Below are positions 37,600 to 49,100 of a DNA stretch of 64,000 nt, piece by piece (the stretch's first letter is position 1; every line of letters starts with the position of its first letter). Source of the stretch: a virus (Duplodnaviria > Caudoviricetes); IMG/VR virus record IMGVR_UViG_3300042997_002652, positions 202,968-266,967 of that record; one strand, 5' to 3'. The notes beneath the pieces were generated by a model that was not told where the DNA came from, searched no databases, and saw only the letters and a list, made by a program, of their open reading frames with translations. The position numbers and the translations under genes are program-made.

Positions 37600-39486
37600 A
37601 TGGCATCAGAACTTTTTAATTCAATAAGCGGATATTCAACAGGAATACCGCCTAAACAGGTTATAGATTCTACTGGCAACGTAGTAACTAACGTAAATGC
37701 CCCTACTTCAAACGTTACTGCAAACACAGTTTATGCTAATACGTACAGATATGCTAATGGTGTTTTATTTTCTTCCAATGCCGGCGGAAATAATACTCAG
37801 TTACAGTTCAATAATAACGGAGCTTTTGGTGGAATACCCAATGTTACTTGGAATGGTAATATTTTATCTTTGGGTAATGTTAATACTGTTTCTATTACTG
37901 GCGGAGAAAACGGATACTTTTTACAAACAGACGGTAGCGGTGGATTAACTTGGTCTCCTGCACAAGGTGGTAATGGAGGCAACGGCAACCCAGGTGGTGC
38001 TAACTCACAAGTCCAGTTTAATGATGCTGGTGTTTTCGGTGGTGATTCAGGTTTTACTTATAATAAAGTTACTAATACTCTTACTGTAGACACTGTATCA
38101 TCAGCAAATGCAAACATAACTAATGTTTCTGCTGAAACCGTTACTGCTAACTTCTTTATAGGCGACGGATCGCAGTTAACAGGTATATTACCTAACAATG
38201 CTAACTTTGTTATACAGCCAACGCAATCTAATATAACACAAGTGGGGACATTAACTCAGTTAACTGTGTCGGGCAATGCAGGTTTTCAATCTAATGTAAA
38301 TTTAGGGTCAGTATCAAATATACAAATAAGTGGTGGAATTCCCGGGTATGTTTTAACTACTGACGGTACCGGAAATGTTTCTTGGCAAATTCCCGGAGCT
38401 GGTGCCGGCGCCCCCGGTGGATCCAATACAAGTATTCAGTTCAACAATAATGGAAATTTTTCAGGCACTACTGCGTTTACATTTAACAATGTGTCAAATG
38501 CAGTTAACTTAACTGGAAACTTGGCTATACAAAATTTAACTGCAAACAATGCAACCAATTATGGTAATATCATTGCAACAGGAAATATAACTGCTAATGG
38601 ATTATTTTTTGGAGATGGTAGTTACCTAACAAACGTACAAGCTAATGTAGCAAACACCGTAGCAGTTTCAGCACAGCCTAATATTACCTCAGTTGGAACA
38701 TTAGTAAATTTATCAGTAACAGGAAACATAGCAACATCACAAACAGTAAGTGCAAGCGGGTTTCAAACTTCAGGTAATGCTAATGTCGGTATTTTGCGTG
38801 TATCAAATACTGCTACTATAACAGGAAATTTAACTGCTAACGGAAATGTGAATTTTTCTAATTCTGCAAACATTAATTTGGGATCAGTAGCTAATATACG
38901 AATTTCCGGGGGACTAAACGGATACGTACTATCAACAGACGGATTGGGTATTTTATCATGGGTGCCCCAAGGCGGCGGTGGAAACACATCATCTCCCGGT
39001 GGCGCTAATACAAATATTCAGTATAATAAAAATAACGAGTTTGCGGGTAATGCATTCTTTACTTACAATGATACAACTAACACAGTGCAAATAGGCGGTC
39101 TGATGATTGCTAACACTTTCCAAGTTGGTTCAGGTGCTTACAAGTTCGGTACTTCATCAGTATATTTTGCAGTAACAGCATCACCGATTAAACAAGTGTT
39201 GTATTCTATTCCGGTGTCAGAAGTTTCTGGTGTAGATTTTGAAATTATAGGAACAGACTCAGTAGGACAAAAAAGACAAGCAGTAAAGATTTCGTCTGTT
39301 TATTATGCAGGCATTGTTCAATATAACGAATATGCCGGACTATATGTTAACGGAGGAGTCGGGACTTTTATTGTTGAATATAATCCAGGAGATGTAATAA
39401 ATCCGCCATCTTTAGATTTAAGTGTAACGCCTGATACTTCAAACAATACGGTATATAAAATGTTAATCACGATATTAGCACCGTGA
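37600..39486 (+). CDS. Virion fibre-like structural protein (N/G/T-rich repeats)
   Basis: Repeated GGxNTxxQFNxxGxFxG units; late-promoter-like motif upstream; paralogous to the next two genes. Confidence 0.7.
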   Translation: MASELFNSISGYSTGIPPKQVIDSTGNVVTNVNAPTSNVTANTVYANTYRYANGVLFSSNAGGNNTQLQFNNNGAFGGIPNVTWNGNILSLGNVNTVSITGGENGYFLQTDGSGGLTWSPAQGGNGGNGNPGGANSQVQFNDAGVFGGDSGFTYNKVTNTLTVDTVSSANANITNVSAETVTANFFIGDGSQLTGILPNNANFVIQPTQSNITQVGTLTQLTVSGNAGFQSNVNLGSVSNIQISGGIPGYVLTTDGTGNVSWQIPGAGAGAPGGSNTSIQFNNNGNFSGTTAFTFNNVSNAVNLTGNLAIQNLTANNATNYGNIIATGNITANGLFFGDGSYLTNVQANVANTVAVSAQPNITSVGTLVNLSVTGNIATSQTVSASGFQTSGNANVGILRVSNTATITGNLTANGNVNFSNSANINLGSVANIRISGGLNGYVLSTDGLGILSWVPQGGGGNTSSPGGANTNIQYNKNNEFAGNAFFTYNDTTNTVQIGGLMIANTFQVGSGAYKFGTSSVYFAVTASPIKQVLYSIPVSEVSGVDFEIIGTDSVGQKRQAVKISSVYYAGIVQYNEYAGLYVNGGVGTFIVEYNPGDVINPPSLDLSVTPDTSNNTVYKMLITILAP

Positions 39487-39515
39487 TATTATAAGGAATA
39501 AAATAGGAAAATACT

Positions 39516-42500
39516 ATGGCATTAAAACCATTTAATTCAGTAGCCGGGTTTTCAGTAGGCGAAATACCCGCACTTAATATAATATTAGCAAACGGTGATA
39601 TCACTGCGTCTAATGCTACTCTTACTGGCAATTTGGTTATATCAAATGCTAACGCTAGTTGGGGCGTACTAACAAATAATCTTTATTACGCCAATGGTGT
39701 ACCGTGGGATTTACAAGAAGCAGCAGGCTCAAATAATCAAATTCAGTTTAACAATAATAACAATTTTAGTGCTAGTGCTAACCTAACATTTGACCCAGCT
39801 ACTAACTTACTTACTGTAGCAGGAAACTTAAACGCTACCGGAGTGACTGCAAGCACATTAACATCAAATGTTGCAGTAGGTACTGCACCAATAACAGTTA
39901 CATCCACAACTAAAGTAACAAACTTAAACGCTGACTTGCTTGATGGTTATGATTCTTCTACAAGTAATACTGCTAATACAGTAGCAGTGCGTAACGCTGA
40001 TGGTAATTTAACTGCAAATTATTTTATAGGTAACGGATCACAGCTAACTGGCATTGATGCTACTAGCATTCAAAATGGAAATAGTAACGTAAAAGTAGCA
40101 GCTAACGGTAATGTTTCTATTAGCGTTACGGGAACTTCTAACGTAGTTATTGTTACTGATACCGGTATGAACGTAGCAGGCTACATAAATTCAACCGGCA
40201 ATGTTACTGTCAACTTAGAATTTCAGGCTAATACTGCAAACTTTGATGGCAATGTTACAATGGATAGTTGGTTATCGGTTGCAAACACAGCCAACGTTGG
40301 TAATTTACGTACTGATAATCTATTGTATGCAAACGGCGTGCCATGGGACATGCAAGAAGCTGCAGGCAGCAACAATGAAATTCAATTCAATATCAATGAT
40401 AATTTTGCAGCAAGTGCAAATCTAACTTATAATGATACTACACAACAGTTTACTGTTTTGGGTAATAGTCAGTTTAATAATGCAAATTTAGGCAACATAG
40501 CAACTGCTAATTTTGCTAACATTGCAAGTAATGTAACTACAAGTAATGCAACAGTTAACTTAGAACTTGCAGGTAATACAGCAAACTTTACAGGTAACAT
40601 AGCTGCTTTAAACACAAATGCAGGCAATTTATTAACTGCAAACTTTGCAAACTTTGCAAGTAATGTAACTACAAGTAATATAACGGTTAACTTAGAACTT
40701 GCTGGTAATACAGCAAACTTCAGTGGTAATGTTATTGCCGCAAACTTTACGGGTGCTTTAGCTAACGGCAATAGTAACGTAAAAGTATACAGCAACTCAA
40801 ACGTAGAAATCAGTACAAACGGTGTCGCAAACGTTGCAACATTCTCTGGTAATACATTATTAGTTGTAGGTAATATACAATCAACATCAGGCAACATGCT
40901 TGCTAATGGTAACATAAGCGCAAATGGTTTCTTGAATGGCGGAAATGCAAATGTAACCGGTGAAGCAAAACTAGGTAGTGTATTGACATCAAATATCACT
41001 TCAAACGGTAGTTTGACAATCACTGCATCTGGCACAAATGAAAATATCATTCTTGTACCTGCGGGCACTGGTACAATCAATGTTAGTTTAAAGAACATCA
41101 CACAAGTTGCTGCTCCAGTCAATCCAAATGACGCAGCAACTAAAGAATATGTTGATAGCACAGCACAAGGTTTAACAATACACACAGCAGTTCGTACAAC
41201 AAGCGTAACTAACCTGAACGCTACTTACGCAAACGGTGGCAGCGTATTGACTACAATCGCAATTACCGGCGGCACAACAATACAGTTTAGTGCTGCTCAC
41301 GGTTTGAGTGTAGATGACGAACTTGCATGGGATAACAGTTTCAATGGTATAATCAACAACGATTCATACTTTGTATTCAGCATACCAGCACCCGACACTA
41401 TCACAGTGAAAGCAGGATATTTCGGTGCTGAAGTCACAACATTGACTAACGGCACTGGCTTATCACAAACTGCAAGAGCAAACACTGGTGTTGGTGCAAC
41501 ATTAACAAACGCTGGCGCGAATGCGGCAATCAGTATTGATAGCATCGCACTAGCATCAACAAATAGAGTTCTTGTTCAAGGCCAAACAAACCAGTCTGAA
41601 AACGGCGTCTATACTGTAACAACTGTGGGCGATGGTTCAACAGCGTGGGTACTAACAAGAGCAACAGCCGAAGATACATATAGCCCAGTAGACACATCGG
41701 CACTAGGTTATGGAGACTACTTCTTTGTTCAACAAGGTACTAGTTATGCCGGTAGTTCTTATGTACTAACTACACCGGTTAGTGAGATACTATTTGGTTA
41801 CACAAATATATTATTCAGTCAGTTTAGCGCAGCAGGTAGTTTCACTGCGGGTAACGGTATTGCTATTACTGGTACAATTATCAGTGCAAACGTTGACGGA
41901 GTAACAACAGACATTGTTGGCGGCAATATTGTTGTTAAATCAAGTGCAAACTTGACTACACCAAATTTGGGCGATGCAACATTTAGCAGTTTGTCATGGA
42001 ATAATCAAAGCAACGGTAATGTCACAGCTAATAACTTGAGTATTGGTAACATTGCAAATATTACTCTTGATTTAACAGTAGGCGGTAATGTTCAGGTCAG
42101 TGGTAACATTGACAGTAATGCTAACATCTATAGCAATAATTCAGATGTAAGTAACTTCTTGACTGTCGGCGGAAACACAACGTCAAACAACATTACATCC
42201 AACAATTGGTTGAACACAGCAAATGCAAATGTAAGTGCTAACCTCATTACAAGTAATGCAACAGTTAACTTAGAACTTGCAGGTAATACAGCAAACTTTA
42301 CAGGTAACATAGCTGCTTTAAACACAAATGCAGGCAATTTATTAACTGCAAACTTTGCAAACTTTGCAAGTAATGTTGTAACAAGTAACTTAACTGTTAA
42401 CTTAGCTTTATCTGGTAATACAGCTAATTTTACTGGAAATATTATAGTCGCTAACGCGAACTTAGGTAACTTAGCAACTGCGAACTTCTTTACCGGTGTA

Positions 42501-43031
42501 TTGATAAATGGCACAAGTAATGTAACGGTTGATAATAACAGTAATGTTAATTTAACCGCTAATGGTAACACTACACTTGTAGTAACTAGCACCGGTGCTA
42601 ATATTACTGGATATGCAAACATCACGGGTAGTGTGACTGCAAATAACGTTACTATAACAAATAACTTATCTGCTAGCATTGCTAATATCGCTACTAGAAT
42701 AGATTTAGGTAATACTGATATAGGATGGGATACTGTAACAACAACATCAATATCAGCCAATCAGACTATTTCTACTTACGCAGTTTCAGGAATTACTGGA
42801 ATAGAATTCTTAGTAAAAGGGGTAGATGCTACCGGAGGTAAATATAGTGTAGCTACTGTTCAAGCAGTTTCAAACGGAACAAGTGTTGATTATGCAACAT
42901 TTGCTACTGTAAACTTAGGCGGATTAACCGGTGTATTAGCTGTCAACATTGTAGGTAGTAACGTAGCACTTCAAGTTTCACCTAGTAGTGCTAATTCAAC
43001 GATATGGACAACACAATATAGGACTATCTAA
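39516..43031 (+). CDS. Long virion fibre-like protein with internal repeats
   Basis: 1171 aa, N/A/T-rich; duplicated YANGVPWD.QEAAGSNN.IQFN modules; DAATKEYVD...RVLVQGQTNQSENGVY module typical of phage fibres. Confidence 0.7.
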   Translation: MALKPFNSVAGFSVGEIPALNIILANGDITASNATLTGNLVISNANASWGVLTNNLYYANGVPWDLQEAAGSNNQIQFNNNNNFSASANLTFDPATNLLTVAGNLNATGVTASTLTSNVAVGTAPITVTSTTKVTNLNADLLDGYDSSTSNTANTVAVRNADGNLTANYFIGNGSQLTGIDATSIQNGNSNVKVAANGNVSISVTGTSNVVIVTDTGMNVAGYINSTGNVTVNLEFQANTANFDGNVTMDSWLSVANTANVGNLRTDNLLYANGVPWDMQEAAGSNNEIQFNINDNFAASANLTYNDTTQQFTVLGNSQFNNANLGNIATANFANIASNVTTSNATVNLELAGNTANFTGNIAALNTNAGNLLTANFANFASNVTTSNITVNLELAGNTANFSGNVIAANFTGALANGNSNVKVYSNSNVEISTNGVANVATFSGNTLLVVGNIQSTSGNMLANGNISANGFLNGGNANVTGEAKLGSVLTSNITSNGSLTITASGTNENIILVPAGTGTINVSLKNITQVAAPVNPNDAATKEYVDSTAQGLTIHTAVRTTSVTNLNATYANGGSVLTTIAITGGTTIQFSAAHGLSVDDELAWDNSFNGIINNDSYFVFSIPAPDTITVKAGYFGAEVTTLTNGTGLSQTARANTGVGATLTNAGANAAISIDSIALASTNRVLVQGQTNQSENGVYTVTTVGDGSTAWVLTRATAEDTYSPVDTSALGYGDYFFVQQGTSYAGSSYVLTTPVSEILFGYTNILFSQFSAAGSFTAGNGIAITGTIISANVDGVTTDIVGGNIVVKSSANLTTPNLGDATFSSLSWNNQSNGNVTANNLSIGNIANITLDLTVGGNVQVSGNIDSNANIYSNNSDVSNFLTVGGNTTSNNITSNNWLNTANANVSANLITSNATVNLELAGNTANFTGNIAALNTNAGNLLTANFANFASNVVTSNLTVNLALSGNTANFTGNIIVANANLGNLATANFFTGVLINGTSNVTVDNNSNVNLTANGNTTLVVTSTGANITGYANITGSVTANNVTITNNLSASIANIATRIDLGNTDIGWDTVTTTSISANQTISTYAVSGITGIEFLVKGVDATGGKYSVATVQAVSNGTSVDYATFATVNLGGLTGVLAVNIVGSNVALQVSPSSANSTIWTTQYRTI
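40538..42376 (+). repeat. Exact 129-bp direct repeat pair (40538-40666 and 42248-42376) inside the 1171-aa fibre gene
   Basis: Both copies read tacaagtaatgcaacagttaacttagaacttgcagg...gcaaactttgcaagtaatgt; offset 1710 bp = 570 codons. Confidence 0.92.
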
Positions 43032-43098
43032 TGATAGCTTATGTGTTAAAATATGTGATTGCGAAGTACGTATTAAATATGGCTAAGGTATGGAGTAA

Positions 43099-45096
43099 AT
43101 GGCAGAAACAAAATTAAATTCTATACAAGGCTTCTCGGTAGGACCTAATAGCGTAGCTGTAATAGATATAAATTCTAATGTAGCGGCAGCTGCTATTACT
43201 GCCAATGGGAATGTTACCTTTACTGGATCAAATGTATCTTTAGGTAATGTTTCTAATCTTCATATATTAGGCGGTAATGCTAATCAAGTTTTATCTACAA
43301 ATGGATCAGGTAACTTATCGTGGGTTGATCCAACCGCCGGAGGTGGAAATGCTATTGTTACGATCAGTACTACTCCTCCCGGATCTCCGGTTAATGGGCT
43401 ACTTTGGTGGGATAGCGAGGATGGTAATAGCTACATAAGATATGATGACGGTAATTCAACGCAGTGGGTTTTATTTGCTAGTTTAACTGCTACAATAGGC
43501 GCTACTGGTATAACAGGTGCTACTGGTATAACAGGTGCTACTGGTGCCTCGGGTGCTACAGGTATTACTGGTGCTACTGGATCAGGCGCAACTGGTGCTA
43601 CTGGCTTAACAGGTGAAGTAGGTGCCTCGGGTGCTACAGGCCCAACTGGTGCCACTGGATCAGGCGCAACCGGTGCTACTGGCTTAACAGGTGAAGTAGG
43701 TGCCTCGGGTGCTACAGGCCCAACTGGTGCTACTGGATCAGGCGCAACTGGTGCTACCGGATTAATAGGTGCTACCGGCATTCAAGGAACTCCAGGAGGT
43801 GCTACCGGGGCTACCGGCGTAGGTGCCACTGGTGCTACCGGTGTTCAAGGAGAAACAGGTGCCACTGGAACAGGCGCTACTGGTGCTACTGGCTTAACAG
43901 GTGAAGTAGGTGCCTCGGGTGCTACCGGCGTAGGTGCCACTGGTGCTACCGGTGCTACCGGCATAGGTGCCACTGGTGCTACCGGTGTTCAAGGAGAAAC
44001 AGGTGCCACCGGATCAGGCGCTACTGGTGCTACTGGCTTAACAGGTGAAGTAGGTGCCTCGGGTGCTACAGGTATTACTGGTGCTACCGGTGTGGGTGCC
44101 ACTGGTGCTACCGGATTAATAGGTGCTACCGGCATTCAAGGAACTCCGGGAGGTGCTACCGGTGCAACTGGACTCAATGGAGTAGACGGAGCTACCGGCG
44201 CTAGCGGACCTGCAGGTAGCCCCGGCGGGGCTACAGGTGCTACCGGTGCAACTGGACTCAATGGAGTAGACGGAGCTACCGGCGCTACTGGATTATCCGG
44301 ATCCAGGACGTATAATGTAACAAATAGTGGAGCTAGTGCATTTACAATTGATGGTTCAAATAACCCTGCACTGTATTTGTTACGAGGATTTACATATGTA
44401 TTTTCGGTAAATGCAAGCGGTCATCCATTTTGGATAAAAACTACACCAGTTACTGGTACAGGCAATGCTTATTCTAACGGAGTAACAAATAACGGCACTG
44501 CTGTCGGAACTATAACGTTTGCAGTTCCTTATGATGCACCTAGCACTTTATATTATATATGTCAATTTCACTCAGCAATGCAGGGTGTAATTAACATTAG
44601 TGACGTAGGACCAACCGGAGCAACAGGTGCTACTGGACCGATAGCGGGTAGCAACACTCAAATAGTGTTCAATGATGCCAGCACTGCAAATGGTAGTGCT
44701 AATTTAACTTTCAACAAAACAACTTCAGTATTAACGGTTACAGGCAATATTAGCGTTGCAAATATAACATCTTCTTCTTATTCTATTGCATCAGTGGGAA
44801 CAGGAATTTCAGCGGCAGGCACTGTACAATCAAATGCAACCGGGCTTACAACACAATTTAATGTAGTATCAACTGTAGCTTCAAGTGAAGGAGTTAGATT
44901 ACCAAACGCTATTGCCGGCATGAGAATAACAATCTTAAATACGAGTGCTAATTCGTTATTAGTTTATCCAGAATCCGGCGGTATAATAAATTCACAATCA
45001 GCTAATGCTGCGTACTCTCAACCAGCCGGCGCAAGACTAGATTTTATATCTACTACTACTACTCAATGGTATACTTTGAATGCTACATATAGTTGA
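43099..45096 (+). CDS. Collagen-like fibre protein with a cupredoxin-like domain
   Basis: Long Gly-X-Y tract dominated by G-A-T; then SGHPFW...[12 protein letters not shown]. Confidence 0.8.
   Translation: MAETKLNSIQGFSVGPNSVAVIDINSNVAAAAITANGNVTFTGSNVSLGNVSNLHILGGNANQVLSTNGSGNLSWVDPTAGGGNAIVTISTTPPGSPVNGLLWWDSEDGNSYIRYDDGNSTQWVLFASLTATIGATGITGATGITGATGASGATGITGATGSGATGATGLTGEVGASGATGPTGATGSGATGATGLTGEVGASGATGPTGATGSGATGATGLIGATGIQGTPGGATGATGVGATGATGVQGETGATGTGATGATGLTGEVGASGATGVGATGATGATGIGATGATGVQGETGATGSGATGATGLTGEVGASGATGITGATGVGATGATGLIGATGIQGTPGGATGATGLNGVDGATGASGPAGSPGGATGATGATGLNGVDGATGATGLSGSRTYNVTNSGASAFTIDGSNNPALYLLRGFTYVFSVNASGHPFWIKTTPVTGTGNAYSNGVTNNGTAVGTITFAVPYDAPSTLYYICQFHSAMQGVINISDVGPTGATGATGPIAGSNTQIVFNDASTANGSANLTFNKTTSVLTVTGNISVANITSSSYSIASVGTGISAAGTVQSNATGLTTQFNVVSTVASSEGVRLPNAIAGMRITILNTSANSLLVYPESGGIINSQSANAAYSQPAGARLDFISTTTTQWYTLNATYS
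43495..44295 (+). repeat. Collagen (Gly-Ala-Thr)n repeat region
   Basis: ggtgctac(t/c)gg nonamers with several higher-order duplicated blocks. Confidence 0.95.
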
Positions 45097-45126
45097 TAAA
45101 TATAAAGACAAAGAGAGACTCTTATT

Positions 45127-45465
45127 ATGGCGTTAAATTTTCCAGACAATCCTACAGTAGGGCAACAATATATAGATCCTAACGGAAACACATGGGAATA
45201 TACCGGTGTCGTTTGGAACATATTAATTAGTATTGAACCCGGCGCTACCGGACCAACTGGTGCTACTGGACCAACTGGTGCTACTGGATTAACAGGGGCA
45301 ACTGGCCCAGCACCTACTTTTGATTTAGATCCTATTACGGCTGCAATCGTTTTTGGTGGTGGAGGATTAGATGAAGCAGGATTAAATCGGTCATCTCAGC
45401 GAGTTGCTGAATTGGAAGAACAAATAAGGGCATTAGTAGCACAACTAGGAAATACACAATATTAG
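45127..45465 (+). CDS. Small collagen-repeat fibre protein with C-terminal coiled coil
   Basis: MALNFPDNPTVGQQY..W.YTG..W N-terminal module, short GAT/GPT repeat, RVAELEEQIRAL. Confidence 0.7.
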   Translation: MALNFPDNPTVGQQYIDPNGNTWEYTGVVWNILISIEPGATGPTGATGPTGATGLTGATGPAPTFDLDPITAAIVFGGGGLDEAGLNRSSQRVAELEEQIRALVAQLGNTQY

Positions 45466-45561
45466 TGATATAAAATTTTATAAAACTCACTAACGAATTA
45501 GAGATGTAAGATAAATAAAGATAAATAAATAATAGATATAAGTAACATTTGAGAAACAAAT

Positions 45562-45882
45562 ATGCCAACAACATTCACTAATGCAATAGCAAACAACGTA
45601 GGTACAACCGACGTAGAAGTTTATACTGCACCATCTAAATCAATCGTAATAGGATGTAGTGTTAGCAATTTATTATCTAGTACTGTACCTATTACAATAA
45701 AAACACGCAGAGCATCAACTGATACTTTTATATACAAAGATAATCGTATAGAAGCAGGTGACCCCTCTGCATTAATGCAAGGCAACAAATTAGTGTTATT
45801 AACCGGTGATAAGTTAGTAGTATCAGCGAAGGTAGCGGCTAGTATTGATGTGATGTTTTCAATTTTACAAGGAGTATCATAA
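45562..45882 (+). CDS. Small beta-rich virion protein (hypothetical)
   Basis: 106 aa in the fibre cluster; stacked late-promoter-like motifs upstream. Confidence 0.65.
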   Translation: MPTTFTNAIANNVGTTDVEVYTAPSKSIVIGCSVSNLLSSTVPITIKTRRASTDTFIYKDNRIEAGDPSALMQGNKLVLLTGDKLVVSAKVAASIDVMFSILQGVS

Positions 45883-46112
45883 TGGGCGGATTTTATACCG
45901 GTACTGACTTAGCCGATAAAGTATTTTACGGTTTCAGGCTTACACCAGACGACGGAAATTTAGATATAGAAGTGTTGGACGGTGATCTTCCAGTTTCATT
46001 ACCAGTACCTTACATAATTGATAAAAATGATTATAAACAATGGATTTGGTCTAAAGATACTATTGAGTTTCTTTGGGGTACTAACGGTCATTTACTTATG
46101 AGGTTAGTGTAA
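45882..46112 (+). CDS. Hypothetical protein
   Basis: 76 aa, TAATG-coupled, GGAG RBS. Confidence 0.6.
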   Translation: MGGFYTGTDLADKVFYGFRLTPDDGNLDIEVLDGDLPVSLPVPYIIDKNDYKQWIWSKDTIEFLWGTNGHLLMRLV

Positions 46113-46113
46113 T

Positions 46114-49100
46114 ATGAGTCAACTAATTGATTTAGGAAAATTACGATTTTATTGGGCCGGTACATATAGCTCTGTAACTCAGTATGAATTAAATGACGTA
46201 GTGCGCTACGGCGGTAATGTTTATGTTTATATAAATGTTGTAAAAACTAACGGCAACGAGCCTACTGATCCAGCCTACTGGGCTTTAATGGTAGAAGGTA
46301 TTAACTTTCTTGGTACTTGGAACAGTGCAACACAATATTACATTGGCGATGCAGTTGCATATGGTTCTACTGTATATGTTGCTCTTGATGACAACCTTAA
46401 CAAACAGCCAGATTTGTTCCCGCTTGTTTGGTCTCAATTCGTTGAAGGCATTCAATTTGAGGGGGAATACAGCAGTGTCACAACTTATCAAGCAAATGAC
46501 GTAGTTACTTACGGTCCCTCAACATATATTGCTAAAGGTACTACTAATAATAACTTACCAACAAACGCAACATATTGGGATCCTTTTGTTGAGGGTATTT
46601 CTCCTGAAGGCGTATATAATGGCGCTACAGCTTATGTCCCGGGCAATATTGTAGCATATGGTGCAAATCTTTATGTTGCTATAGCCAACACTACTGGTAA
46701 TATACCAACAAATGCAACTTATTGGACTCTATTTATAGAATCGTTTGATAACAGAGGTGCATGGGCAACCGCAACTCTTTATTATGTAAATGATTTAGTA
46801 CAGTTTGGTGCTAATAGCTATGCATGTGAAATACAAAACACTTCAGGGGTGTTTGCAACTGACTTAGCTGCCGGTAAATGGTCTTTGTTTGTTTCAGGTT
46901 TACGCAATCGCGGCCCCTGGACTACTGCAACATTATATCTTCCTTATGATATTGTTGTATACGGCGGAAATACTTACTCATGCTTAATACAAAATAATTC
47001 AGGAGTGTTTGCAACTGATTTAGCTGCTGGTAAATGGGAAATATTTAACGGCGGTATTCGCTGGAGAAATGAATGGACTTCTGCTACTCCATATTTGACT
47101 AATGATATTGTTCGCAATGTAGGATCATCTTATATTGCTACAGAAGATTTTACTTCTGGAGGTAACTTTAATACTGAATTTGTTGCTGGCAAATGGGAGT
47201 TCTTTGCACAAGGTGCTGATGATGTACTTCCTATCATAGGTGTAGGTGAAGAAGGATATTCTTTAACAGTAAATGCTGATGGTGCCACAATTGACTGGAT
47301 CAATGCTACTGGATCACCTAATGTATTTTATGTTTCTCCGGACGGAAATGATAGTAACCCAGGTACTAGTTTAGCATTACCGTTTGCTAGTATACAAGCT
47401 GCTGTTGCCGCTGTTACTGTTGGACAAATGTCTACAATCTTTGTCAAGACTGGTACATACCAAGAAGCTGCGCTTCCTATTGTTGTACCTCCTAACACTG
47501 CTATTGTAGGTGATAATCAACGTACTGTTATTGTTACTCCAGCAGCTGGTTTAGCTGCTGACGGAGTTACACCAAACAATCAATCCATGATGTGGCAAAT
47601 GTCTAATGCGTCTATATTAAACTGCATGACATTTACTGGTATGACCGGCTGGGTTGCTGGATCTACACCAGCTGACATTACTACTTCTGTTATTAAAGGG
47701 GTGTTTGTTGGATTTAATCCTGCGTCCCCGGTTACTAGTAAGTCACCTTACATTGTAGAATGCTCTGCAATATCCCCCGGCGGTGTTGGTGGTTATGTAG
47801 ACGGATCTGCTCATGCATCCGGTAACAAGTCAATGCTTTTCCATGCATTTACTATTATTAATGATTTGGGTATAGGATATTATGTTAGAAATCAAGGTAA
47901 AGCTGAAATAGTTTCTTGCTTTACATATTTTTGTTATTTTGGATACGCTACATCGGGCGGCGGAATTATACGAGCACTAAATGGTAATAACTCATACGGT
48001 GTTTGGGGTGTCGCTGCTCGCGGGTTTGATACTACTGAAGTACCTCTGTTAGGTGCTCTTTATGGTACACAACTTACTGTTACTACTGACCCTATCACTA
48101 CAGGGTTCACGGCGGGATTAACAGCCACTGGAGTAACATCCGGCGCCACTGCAATTATCACTAATAGACAGGCTAACGCCGCTAAACTTTATATAAAATA
48201 TACAGGTGGATCACCTGTATTTGTGCAAGGAGAAGATATTACTGACGGAACAGGGAATACTCTAACTATTGTTAATAACGCTAGCGGTGTTACTGGTCAA
48301 AAAGGTGTATTACTCGTAATGAACGGTCTAAGTGCTGAACCATTACCGGGAGCAAGTATACAATTAACAGGCGATGCGTTTTCATATGTTATTCAGTCAG
48401 TATCCGGTACTTATGTTAATAGCTCAAGCATTATGATTATAGCATTAGCTCAAGAAAAACCAGATGCGTCTCCAGACGGCACAGTAGTAACAATACGCTA
48501 TAAGTATTCACAGATCCGATTAACAGGACACGACTTTTTAAGCATAGGAACGGGCGGTATAGCTACTACTAACTATCCTAACACTCCACTTCAACCGCCT
48601 GCCCAAGGTCAAGAGGTTGAAGAAATATTCCCGGGTCGTGTTTATTATGTATCTACAGACCAAGACGGTAACTTTAGAGTAGGTGAATACTTTACAGTTG
48701 ATCAGGGTACGGGTACAGCAACACTAAACGCAAATGCGTTCAATTTATCAGGATTAACATCGTTACAACTTGGTTCTATCGGTGCTCAGTTAGGGGAAAC
48801 AATTAATGAGTTTTCTTCTGATGTTACTATGGGCGGCGCCTCCCCAACTAACTTAGCCGTTCCCACTGAGTTTGCGGTTTCAGGTTTCGTGCAAGCAGAA
48901 ATAGCAACACAACAAGCATATGTTGATAACCGAGTTCCGCAAGCTATTCCAACGGCAGTAGGTGAAACTGGTAAGTACCTGCTTAGTAATGGTTCTATTC
49001 CTACATGGTCCGCTCTTAGTTTAAATGAGATTGTTGGAGCCAGTTCAACATTTGCAAGAACGGGTACGGCTGCTACATATAGTTATTCTATTTTTTCAAA

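Noticed and set aside
40538-42376. 129-bp repeat pair as a diversity-generating retroelement TR/VR
   Set aside because: The copies are identical (no adenine-specific mismatches), both are in-frame coding, and no reverse transcriptase is in the window.
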